From Phycisphaerales bacterium (lineage in GTDB: Bacteria; Planctomycetota; Phycisphaerae; Phycisphaerales; UBA1924), in contig OZ245777.1 of the NCBI GenBank assembly GCA_965227775.1, positions 480,001-544,000 on the forward strand: DNA of 64,000 nucleotides. The letters run 5' to 3'. The notes below the pieces were generated by a model. That model did not search any database and was not told the origin of the DNA. It saw nothing but the letters and a program-made list of their open reading frames with translations. This document shows positions 36,018-44,476 of the stretch, piece by piece (within the stretch, counting starts at the first letter, position 1; every line of letters starts with the position of its first letter). The position numbers and the translations under genes were made by a program.

Positions 36018-37721
36018 ATGAAGACTCGAGCACCCGCGGTCGTTCTGGCGTTGGCTGGCTTGTCGTGCACGCCCGTTGCGCTCGCGCAGGGGCCCCTTCG
36101 CGTCGTCGACCTCGAGGACATCGACGGCTCGAACGGCCTCAAGATCCTGGGGATGTCGCCCGCAGACTTCGCGGGCATCTCGATCGCAAGCGCGGGCGAC
36201 GTCAACGGCGACGGCGTCTCCGATATCTTGATCGGCGCGAACGGTGCCGACGTCGGGGGCGCACCCAACGCGGGCACCGCATACGTCATCTACGGCCGGA
36301 CCGGATCGAGCGCGGCGACGATCAATCTCGGCGACGTCGATGGCACGAATGGCTTTGCGATTCGTGGCGTGACGACCGACGCCTATGTCGGCACGTCTGT
36401 TGCCGCCGCGGGTGACGTTAATGGCGATGGCGTCGATGACGTGATCGTTGGTGCGACCGGCGCCAACTACGGTGGCGGCGCATTCGCGGGGGCCGGCTAC
36501 GTCGTTTTTGGAAGCAGTGTGGGCATCCCACCGAGCATCGATGTATCGTCGCTCGATGGATCGAACGGATTCCGGTTTGAGGGCGCGTTTGGAGCCTCGT
36601 ACACGGGCAGGTCGGTCTGCGGCGGCAACGACGTAAACGGCGACGGACACGACGACGTGTGCATCGGGTCGCCGCTGGCGGACGAGGCCTACGTCATATT
36701 CGGGCGCGACGCAGGCAATCCGTTCCCCGCGGCGCTCCGCAGGGCCGACCTTGACGGCGTCCTTGGGTTCATCGCCCGAGGCGACCCTCGCTCGCGGACC
36801 GGCATCTCGGTGGCTATGAGCGACGATTTCGATGGCGACTCGATCGACGACCTCATCATCGGGGCAGAACTTGCCTCTCCTGGTGGCAAGACGAGCGCTG
36901 GTGCGGCGTACATCATCAGCGGCCGCTTGGATTTTGATGACGAGCTCGGGCTCGATCCGGCGCTCATCGGCATCCGCAGGCTCGAAGGCCGGATCGCGCT
37001 CGACAGCCTGGGCGGCGGTGTTGCATCGGCCGGTGACGCGAATGGTGACGGACGAGCGGATCTCGTGGTCACAGCTCTCAACCCCGGCGAGGCATACCTG
37101 CTCTTTGGCGCCGACGATTGGCCCAGCGAGTTCACCCCAGACTTCATTGACGAGACCAGGGGCGGCGTGTTCCGGGGCAATGGCAGGGCCGACCGCATTG
37201 TGGCCGTGTCGGGGGCCGGTGACGTGAACGGCGACGATCGTGACGACTTCGTTATTGGCGCGAGTTTTGCCGACGGCGGTGACGTGCGGTCGGGTGTGAC
37301 CTTCTGCGTGTTCGGCAGCGACCGTTACACGGGGATCATCGACATCCGTGAGCTGGAGCCCGAAGAGGGGTTTGCGTGCTTCGGCGAAGGGTTCGACGAC
37401 CTTTCGGGATTCGCGTGCGGAGGCGGCGGCGACTTCAACGACGACGGCGACGCCGACTTGCTCATCGGATCGCTGAATAACGATCCGCTCGGCGTGGGCG
37501 ATGCCGGCGCGGGCTACATCGTGTTCGGCGGCCCGAGCGATCCTCCAGATCCGTGCAGGGCTGACCTCGACGGCGATGGGCTGCTGACGGTCTTCGACTT
37601 CCTCGAGTTCCAGAACCTGTTCAACGCTGGCGATCTTCGGGCCGACTTTGACGGCGACCTGTTGCTGACGTTCTTCGACTTTCTGGTCTATCAGAGCGAG
37701 TTCACGAGTGGGTGTCCATAG
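36018..37721 (+). CDS. Integrin-alpha/FG-GAP beta-propeller protein with GC-type dockerin-like tail
   Basis: Seven AGDVNGDGxxDxxIGA-like repeats and a dockerin-like tail ending GCP. Confidence 0.9.
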   Translation: MKTRAPAVVLALAGLSCTPVALAQGPLRVVDLEDIDGSNGLKILGMSPADFAGISIASAGDVNGDGVSDILIGANGADVGGAPNAGTAYVIYGRTGSSAATINLGDVDGTNGFAIRGVTTDAYVGTSVAAAGDVNGDGVDDVIVGATGANYGGGAFAGAGYVVFGSSVGIPPSIDVSSLDGSNGFRFEGAFGASYTGRSVCGGNDVNGDGHDDVCIGSPLADEAYVIFGRDAGNPFPAALRRADLDGVLGFIARGDPRSRTGISVAMSDDFDGDSIDDLIIGAELASPGGKTSAGAAYIISGRLDFDDELGLDPALIGIRRLEGRIALDSLGGGVASAGDANGDGRADLVVTALNPGEAYLLFGADDWPSEFTPDFIDETRGGVFRGNGRADRIVAVSGAGDVNGDDRDDFVIGASFADGGDVRSGVTFCVFGSDRYTGIIDIRELEPEEGFACFGEGFDDLSGFACGGGGDFNDDGDADLLIGSLNNDPLGVGDAGAGYIVFGGPSDPPDPCRADLDGDGLLTVFDFLEFQNLFNAGDLRADFDGDLLLTFFDFLVYQSEFTSGCP

Positions 37722-37729
37722 GACCAGCC

Positions 37730-39940
37730 TCAAGGCGCCTGAAAGCCCGTAGGCATCCAGGCATCCAGGTCTTGCAACTCGCGGGCTGGGCGATCGCTCA
37801 GGGGTACGCCCCACGCAGCAAAGTACGGCTCGAGGTTGCGCCCCACCGTTCGGCTCATCTGAATGACGAAGCGGTCCCGCTTCTCGGCATCGCTTCGTGG
37901 CAGTTGGTCGGCGGGTAGCGACTCGTACGAGCGGAAGGCCCGGTCGAACGCTTCGAGGCCAAACTCATGCCAAATCAGCGCATAGGTCTGTAGGGCAAGG
38001 AAGGGATCGCGCTGCCAACGATGGAACGGCGCCCCCTTCTCGGCGTGGGCTTGCATAGCGCTCAATGCTCGCTCGGGATCGCTGCGCATGACTTCGTCAT
38101 CGAGGGCGTAGCCGTTGATCGTGTGCAGCGCAAGCACGGTGAAGATGTTGACGGTGACCTCGCCCGTTCCATCGAACGTCCACAACGGGTTCTGATGCGC
38201 GTGGCCCATCTCGTGGTACTGGCCCCAGAGTCGGTTGGGCCCGTCCGCATCGAAGTTCGCGAGATCAACCATCGGAGCTGCTTCGTGCAACGGGATCACG
38301 ATTGGCGCGTTGCTCGGGCAGTACATGTAGCCCCAGCTGAGCTTCTTCTCGGCGACGTAGCGGTACTGACGATCCGGCCAGTGCCTTGGCGACCGCGGCT
38401 CGAGCGCCTGCATGGCGGCGTGCACGCGGTCCCAGTGCTGCATAACGAGGTCGGGTCGATCGAGATCTCGGATTGCCGACGCTGGGAGCGAGAACGCGAG
38501 CTCGTCGGATTCGAGTTCGGCCCACGGCGCGCGCAAGCGACGCAGCCGCTCCCGCCACTCGGCGAGATCGGTTTGGCCGAGCCGATATCTGGGCATCTCG
38601 ATTGCGCCCGCGATCTCGATCGTGATGTTTGCCGGCGTGTCGCCCAGGTCGAGGTAGATCGACCCGCCGATGGGTGACGCGAGCGTGGCGGCACCGCCCT
38701 GCAACGGAGCCCGGAACGTCGCCCTAGGCATGCGCACACGATCGTCGAAGTTCTGCGGGTCGAGCCAGCAGCCGACCTGGAGCGTGGCGCCGGTGGCGTC
38801 GCCCTCGATGACGCGCAGCGCGATGGCCTCGCCGGCCGGCGCGTACAGGCCGGTCGTTCGCCAGCCTGGGATTCCATCGTCGAGCGTGATCTGGCGGATC
38901 ACCCGCGGCGCGTCGTCGGGCACGGCCCCGGGAAAGGCGACGTGGCTGGGGTGGGCCGTTACCTGACCGGTGGGCGCCGCGATCATCGCGCGGCGGGCTT
39001 CAAGGTCGAGCAGCGCGCACGCCAGCGGTTGGTCGGCGAGCTTGAGCGGTTTCGTAGCCATCGAGGCGTACGCGGATAGCAACACGTCTGCGTGGCGCTG
39101 CGCCAACGCATCGGCGGTCGCGACCAGCGGACCATCGAGCGGCACGATCGCCAGCGCCTCGCGCGCAACGCGGGCAGAGCGGACCACGTCGCCCTCGGCT
39201 TCGCCGGCGAGGATCGCAAGCGCGACGGTCCCATTGGCCGTGTCGTTGGCGCTGGCATCCAACGTGTACAGGCCATCGCGCCCGGGCGAGAGGGCGCGCT
39301 CGGTGTAGAGGATGCCATGGTCCGCGAGCAGCTTGTTGGCGGCAAGGTCGTGGGCGCCCGTAGCGTGGCCGAGTTGGATCTGGCCCCACGCCGTTTCGAC
39401 GCTGAGGAGCGCCCCACCGTCTTGGAGCCAGCGTGCGAGCTCGTCGAGTCGGCCGGCGCGTGCAAAGCCTTGGGGGGATCCAACGAGCACATCAACGGCG
39501 GACAGGTCGACGGTGCGCGCGTTGCCCTCCACGGACTCCAGCACCAGCCCTTGTTCTGAAAGCCGGGCGAGACGCGCTTGGGTCACGCCCCAGGCGCTGG
39601 TTGCGCCATCCTGCGCAAGCCAGCGGATCTGGTCGTCGATGAAGGCCCGCGTATCGCCGCGGTCATCGTTCAGGAAGCCGCCGTGACCGATCGCGACGAC
39701 GCGCCCGTCGCCCACACGGCCCGAGGCGGCCAGTACCGTGCCATCTTCCAGCGTTGCGATCGACTCGGCCTTGCCGTAGACCACGAGCGAGGCGGGGTTG
39801 CCACCCGTGGCGATGGCGCGGACGCGTTGCTGGCTCGCATGGGTCCCGCCTTCTGCATCTTGCAATGCCAACGCGGAGAAGGGCGCGGCAAGCAGGGCAA
39901 GGTGGACCAGATGGAGCAGGAACAGAGGAGAATTCAGCAT
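37730..39940 (-). CDS. M60-like (enhancin-type) zinc metallopeptidase, secreted
   Basis: TGLYAPAGE, APWAELE, WGQYHEMGH (HExxH) and GEVTVNIF motifs. Signal peptide after ATG 39940. Confidence 0.88.
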   Translation of the reverse strand: MLNSPLFLLHLVHLALLAAPFSALALQDAEGGTHASQQRVRAIATGGNPASLVVYGKAESIATLEDGTVLAASGRVGDGRVVAIGHGGFLNDDRGDTRAFIDDQIRWLAQDGATSAWGVTQARLARLSEQGLVLESVEGNARTVDLSAVDVLVGSPQGFARAGRLDELARWLQDGGALLSVETAWGQIQLGHATGAHDLAANKLLADHGILYTERALSPGRDGLYTLDASANDTANGTVALAILAGEAEGDVVRSARVAREALAIVPLDGPLVATADALAQRHADVLLSAYASMATKPLKLADQPLACALLDLEARRAMIAAPTGQVTAHPSHVAFPGAVPDDAPRVIRQITLDDGIPGWRTTGLYAPAGEAIALRVIEGDATGATLQVGCWLDPQNFDDRVRMPRATFRAPLQGGAATLASPIGGSIYLDLGDTPANITIEIAGAIEMPRYRLGQTDLAEWRERLRRLRAPWAELESDELAFSLPASAIRDLDRPDLVMQHWDRVHAAMQALEPRSPRHWPDRQYRYVAEKKLSWGYMYCPSNAPIVIPLHEAAPMVDLANFDADGPNRLWGQYHEMGHAHQNPLWTFDGTGEVTVNIFTVLALHTINGYALDDEVMRSDPERALSAMQAHAEKGAPFHRWQRDPFLALQTYALIWHEFGLEAFDRAFRSYESLPADQLPRSDAEKRDRFVIQMSRTVGRNLEPYFAAWGVPLSDRPARELQDLDAWMPTGFQAP

Positions 39941-40055
39941 GCCGGAGCGTATCCGGCAGCAGCCGATCATCCCAAAGGGCTGGGCTCCTTCGAAAAGTCG
40001 TTCCGATTCGCCCGATTTTCGGGTAGGCTGTGCAAGTCTGACTGGAGGATGAGCC

Positions 40056-40997
40056 ATGATGGGACTGACCCCATGCCACGTAGTCACGCTTGCCGTCGCC
40101 GGCGCGTCGACGCTCGCGAGCGCCCAGGATGAACTGCGCGTCCTGACCTGGGACGACACCCGCGCACGCGCGTGCGGCGACCAGACGTTCTCGCTGCTGG
40201 GCGACACTGTGCACGCCGGCCTGCGCGATGCGTTGTTCGACCCGGGCGCGTTCGGGCCGGGCGGCGTGATCGATCGCTCGATCGTGCTCACCGGCACGCC
40301 CGAGCTGACCGAGGCCGCGCTGCGCGATGCCGACGTGGTAATCATGCCGCCGTTCGGCTCGCTCAACGCGTGCGAGGCGCGCCTGCTGCGGCTGTTCCTC
40401 GACCAGGGCGGCGGTGTGCTGATCTTCGAGAATGGCAGCCCCGACGCGATGGCCGAGGTCGTCCCCACCGGTGGCGCCACGAGTTGTGGCTCGAACGCGT
40501 TCGCCTTCACTGGAGCGCACCCCGTGGTCGACGGGCCGTTCGGCGCGCTCTCGGGACCGTGGCAGCGCGTCTTCAACTGCGCGATGGACGACCTGGGTGG
40601 CGGCGCGACGCCGTTGGCGACCATCGGCACCGGCGCCGTAACCGCCGCCGCGTTCGAGCGTGGTGATGGACGCACGGTGGTCGTCGGCGACGAGGAGTGG
40701 GCGATGAGCATTGCGCCTTGCCCTGCCGCGCCGGCATGGAACGCCGACGGCCGCGTCTTCTCACTCAACGCCGTCGCCTGGATCGCGCCCGACGAGGGCT
40801 TCGCGTTCGACCCGCCGCCCTTCGTGTGCCCGGCCGACCTCGACGGCAACTGCCTGCTCGAGCTGTTCGACTTCCTGGCGTTCCAGAATCTGTTCGACGC
40901 GGGCGATCCGGCCGCCGACTTCGACGGCGACGGCTCGCTGACGATCTTCGACTTCTTGGCGTTCCAGAACGCGTTCAGCGCCGGGTGTGACGGCTAA
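40056..40997 (+). CDS. Secreted protein with GC-type dockerin-like tail (N-terminal glutamine-amidotransferase/DUF4350-like fold possible)
   Basis: Signal peptide, LRLFLDQGGGVLIF segment, and tail CPADLDGN...ADFDGDGSLTIFDFLAFQNAFSAGCDG. Confidence 0.82.
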   Translation: MMGLTPCHVVTLAVAGASTLASAQDELRVLTWDDTRARACGDQTFSLLGDTVHAGLRDALFDPGAFGPGGVIDRSIVLTGTPELTEAALRDADVVIMPPFGSLNACEARLLRLFLDQGGGVLIFENGSPDAMAEVVPTGGATSCGSNAFAFTGAHPVVDGPFGALSGPWQRVFNCAMDDLGGGATPLATIGTGAVTAAAFERGDGRTVVVGDEEWAMSIAPCPAAPAWNADGRVFSLNAVAWIAPDEGFAFDPPPFVCPADLDGNCLLELFDFLAFQNLFDAGDPAADFDGDGSLTIFDFLAFQNAFSAGCDG

Positions 40998-41000
40998 CAC

Positions 41001-41348
41001 TCAGGGCAGTTCCGAACGATCCACTTGGTCGGCTTGCTGCCAGCGGATCACGCCGCCGCACTCGGGGCAGGTCGCCTCGGCGGTTGGTGCATCGCGCGGC
41101 AGTCCGTGGGTGTCGTAGCCGCAATGGGGGCAGGGCTCGCGGGCAGAGCTCGGCCTGGCGATGGCCCACACGAAACCGGCGACCGCACCGAACGAAGCGC
41201 CCATGGCGGGGCCGAGCGCCAGCCAGCCGGCCATCGCGCCGGTCACCGACCCGGCGACCACGCCCAGCCCGAGCCCCGCCGCGCCGCCGATTGATCCGCC
41301 CCAGGCCATGCCAATTGCGAGGCGGGCTTCGATGCGGGTGTCGTCCAT
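41001..41348 (-). CDS. Small glycine-rich 2-TM protein with C-terminal zinc ribbon
   Basis: CPHCGYDTHGLP...TCPECGG. TACTCT lies 5 nt before the ATG. Confidence 0.72.
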   Translation of the reverse strand: MDDTRIEARLAIGMAWGGSIGGAAGLGLGVVAGSVTGAMAGWLALGPAMGASFGAVAGFVWAIARPSSAREPCPHCGYDTHGLPRDAPTAEATCPECGGVIRWQQADQVDRSELP

Positions 41349-41369
41349 AAATGAGAGTATGGGGAGGGG

Positions 41370-41560
41370 GGAGGCACGATCGTCTCCAACTCCGCAAGAT
41401 CGAGCTTGGGCTGCGGCGCGTTGTCGGCGACAATGATCTCGACATCATCGGGCAGCGACTCGGGATCGAGGGCGCGCAGCACCTCGAGCAGCGAACCGCC
41501 GCGATCGATCGTCGGGATGACGATCGAGAGGGCCGGGCGTGACGCTGGGGGCGTGCTCAC
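41370..41560 (-). pseudogene. Truncated GT2 glycosyltransferase (N-terminal about 60 aa only)
   Basis: PALSIVIPTIDRGGSLLEVLRAL...VEIIVADNA matches a GT2 N-terminus. The frame then degenerates before any DxD motif. Confidence 0.7.
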
Positions 41561-41668
41561 GGGCCATGTTAGATCGGCGATCGCTCCACGCACGCACGGG
41601 CGCAACCGCCCCGCCTTCGGGGTGGCCGCGACCGTGTGCCGGCAAGGAGATGTACGCCGATGCGAGGC

Positions 41669-42370
41669 TCAGGCCGCCTGGCCGCCGCTCTGGCCGCCGG
41701 TCTGCACCTGCTCCTGGTTGCCCGGCTTGCCCATGAACACGACCATGGGCGGCGTCCAGGCACTAAAGCGCGGCGCCCGGTCGGGGCTGCCGGCGCCTGC
41801 GGGGCCCTTGACGCCGCGGATGCGGTAGTAGGCCCGGGCGGTTCCCTGCGGGACGGTTTCATCCAGGGTCTCGCGGGCGGGGATGCTGGCGATGGTGTTC
41901 CAGCTCGTGCCGTCGTCGAGGCTGCGCTGGACCTCATAGAAAGTTCCGCCGGCGAGCGAGCCGTCCCAGGCGATGTCCACCGAGCCCTGGGCCCGCATGA
42001 ACAGCGTGATGTTGGTCGGCACGGCCGGCGGGGCGCTGGGCGTGGGGTCGGCCGGCTCGGGGATGCTGGCCAGCGCGTACACGCCCGCGTCGTCTGTTGC
42101 TTCGGCGAAGGCCTTGATGGTCGCGATGAGCGCCGCGCCGAAGTCGCGCAGGCTGTCAGTGTTCTCGTGGAACTGGATCGTCGCGTCCTTGCTGTTCTGA
42201 CGCTGGGTCAAGGCTTCCTGGTAACTCGTCGAGGCCGTTGCCGTCAGTCCCGCAAGCTCCGTGACCTGCGCTGCGGACAAACCGATCTGCTCGGGGTTGG
42301 CCTGCCATGACGACAGGCGCTGGGTGAAGAACTGGATGACCTCCGAACGCTTCTCGCTCAAGACACTCAT
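41669..42370 (-). CDS. Cytoplasmic protein with helical N-terminal domain and fibronectin type III-like C-terminal domain
   Basis: No signal peptide. Amphipathic helices, then PPAVPTNI..GSVDIAW..YEVQRS..AYYRIRGV. Shine-Dalgarno GGAAGGA. Ends in QAA. Confidence 0.75.
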   Translation of the reverse strand: MSVLSEKRSEVIQFFTQRLSSWQANPEQIGLSAAQVTELAGLTATASTSYQEALTQRQNSKDATIQFHENTDSLRDFGAALIATIKAFAEATDDAGVYALASIPEPADPTPSAPPAVPTNITLFMRAQGSVDIAWDGSLAGGTFYEVQRSLDDGTSWNTIASIPARETLDETVPQGTARAYYRIRGVKGPAGAGSPDRAPRFSAWTPPMVVFMGKPGNQEQVQTGGQSGGQAA

Positions 42371-42640
42371 TGCGCGAATCCTTCCGCCCCACGAGTGGGA
42401 CTCACCGTTCGCCTCGGCCCCGCGGCACCGTGCCGCGACCGCCTCGGCCTCACGCCCGCGACGATCCATCGCCGCGAGCCAAGACAACGTCGACGGTCCG
42501 GAAAGGCGACTTTGGTCCGATTCGAGAAGAACGTGAAGATTCTCGGGCGTCCCGATCAGGGTCCCACCGGCCTCGCGACAGCCCAAACAAACACCACGGA
42601 CAATAAGCCGCGTTCTTACAATGACTTTCGCCAATGCAAG

Positions 42641-42787
42641 GTCCGTATATGGGTCGCCGGATGGAACATCCGGCTTGCCTGATGTTGTTTCCGGGGCCTT
42701 CTGGCGAGGATCCGAAGGTCCTGAGTTTGGGTGAGGCGGGCCGGATACTTGGGTGGAGGGGCCCAATGAGACTTTCGGCGAGCCGGA
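42641..42787. repeat. Degenerate 21-bp tandem array, 7 units, each roughly TCCGG-N4-CCGGA
   Basis: On the + strand CCGGATG, CCTGATG, CCTGAGT, CCGGATA, CCCAATG and CCGGAGG start at 42657, 42678, 42720, 42741, 42762 and 42783, an exact 21-nt phase. Confidence 0.75.
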
Positions 42788-43112
42788 GGACCAGCGGCGG
42801 CGACGCTGGTCCCTTCCCGGGGTCTTCTATTCGGCGGACGATGTGCCCTTGCGTGCGCGGCCGGCACCGCGATCTACGGGCCTGGCCCCGCGATGCCGTG
42901 GCGATATGGTGTGCTGCTCGGAGGGGATGACGCGGTGCAGCCCTCTGCAGTGCGAGAAGCAAGAGACGGAGGAGGCCGGGTGGGAACGCCGACGCGCCCA
43001 CCCAAACGGCTACCATACTTCACAGGACTGGCGAGGGGCCGCCGCACAGATATTAGTAAGGTGGGCGTGCACGCTGGAAGGAGGAGCCCCGTTGAGAAAC
43101 GAAGCGAAGGAA

Positions 43113-43787
43113 ATGCAAGACATAGGGCTGCAGAAGCTGCCGCGATGGGCAAAGGTCGCCTTTGCGGTGCGATGCGCAAAGCGACTGTACCCCATGCTTG
43201 TCGAAGCCTGGCCCGATGATGAAGAGGGTTTGGTGCATGCTGCTCATGTGGCTATCAATCTCGCGCACCAGGCCGCAGCCAATCCGCAGACAGCACGACC
43301 TGACCCGTTGTGGAAGGCAGCCGACGCCAGTACGGATGTGGGCTACAGGACGCATGCTTCCGGCAATGCAAGCGAGATTGCAGGACAAGCGGCATGGGCA
43401 GCCGCAAAAGCTCTTGTCGGGCAAGGTTCTAATGACGCCGTGAAAGCTGCTATCAACTCGGTCGATGCCGTTCTCGAGACGGCGGACCCAATTCGTCGTG
43501 ACTGCGCAGCCATGCAAGCCATGGCCAAGTTGCAAGACTGGTCCGACGACACGCCGGTTGATCCGGATGCCCTCGGACCGCTCTGGCCCGGTGGTGAGCC
43601 GGAGGGCTGGCCCACGAGTCCGCCGCCCAAGTTCAAGCTCACAATTGACCCCGGTGATGCTACGACCGAAGAGGTGCAGGAACTTCTCGCGGCCGTTTCG
43701 GAACTACACGAGGTGCATACCGGCTATGCGCTGACCTTTCGAACCGATGGCACGCTCATCCGCGCCGGCGAGGAGGTGCGGGTATGA
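43113..43787 (+). CDS. Hypothetical protein with an Ala-rich helical domain
   Basis: LPRWAKVAFAVRCAKRL N-terminus, AAGGA Shine-Dalgarno, and atypical codon usage. Confidence 0.65.
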   Translation: MQDIGLQKLPRWAKVAFAVRCAKRLYPMLVEAWPDDEEGLVHAAHVAINLAHQAAANPQTARPDPLWKAADASTDVGYRTHASGNASEIAGQAAWAAAKALVGQGSNDAVKAAINSVDAVLETADPIRRDCAAMQAMAKLQDWSDDTPVDPDALGPLWPGGEPEGWPTSPPPKFKLTIDPGDATTEEVQELLAAVSELHEVHTGYALTFRTDGTLIRAGEEVRV

Positions 43788-44371
43788 CAGTGTGGCCGGA
43801 CCCCGGCACCGTCGTGGTCGTCCTTACTGCCTCCGCTGTGGCGCGCTCGAAGTCGTTTCGGGCGATGGCCAGCTACGTCTCGGTATCGTTCGCTGCATCG
43901 ATGAAGGAACGATGTACAAATAGGCCGGCCCCGCGGCTGCGCGAGCTCGAACAGCTTTGCTACGAAAACGTCAAGGCCCAGATCGCCGCCGACGCCGCTG
44001 AGGCGCACAACCGCAAGGTTCAGGCAGCTGTCCAAGCCGACACGGCGCGAATCGGCACCGAGACTTCTGGCCCAGCCACTAGCAAGATCTACGGCCGTCG
44101 CGAGCTCCAACGCATCGAATTCGAGTCCGAAGCCGCCAAGAAGCGGCTTGAGGATGCGCTCGCCCGATTCGAGCGGGCAATCGCGGTCATCGAGGCGAAG
44201 GGTGGCTCGGTCAGCTACGAGCCGGCCGACATGGCCGACGGTGATCCGAAAGAAATACAACAAGTCGAAGTCGATGATTCCGTCAAAGTGGGCATCCGCG
44301 TACCTGATGTTCGCGTTGAATCGAAGGATCACGCTCAATCAGACTCCAACGACACCACCGGATCCGTGTAG
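43784..44371 (+). CDS. Hypothetical coiled-coil protein coupled to the upstream gene
   Basis: ATGA overlap at 43784-43787 and GAGGAGG Shine-Dalgarno upstream. Confidence 0.6.
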   Translation: MTVWPDPGTVVVVLTASAVARSKSFRAMASYVSVSFAASMKERCTNRPAPRLRELEQLCYENVKAQIAADAAEAHNRKVQAAVQADTARIGTETSGPATSKIYGRRELQRIEFESEAAKKRLEDALARFERAIAVIEAKGGSVSYEPADMADGDPKEIQQVEVDDSVKVGIRVPDVRVESKDHAQSDSNDTTGSV

Positions 44372-44476
44372 CTCGCCGAGTCTGATGTCGTCGCGTGAAG
44401 AACCGCGTTTGACGCATGGTGCTCCTACTCACTGGGCCGGGGTTGGTAGGTGGCATCGCTCCTACCCTCCCCTCCC

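Noticed and set aside
39941..40849. 1039-aa version of the M60 peptidase ORF
   Set aside because: The extension is the antisense shadow of the dockerin-tailed gene 40056-40997. The signal peptide begins at 39940.
32803..40997. Diversity-generating retroelement template/variable repeat pairs among the similar 3' gene ends
   Set aside because: Differences are not adenine-specific, all copies are coding dockerin-like tails, and there is no reverse transcriptase in the window.
42641..42787. CRISPR array
   Set aside because: The period is only 21 bp, the units are degenerate with no repeat-spacer structure, and no cas genes are present.
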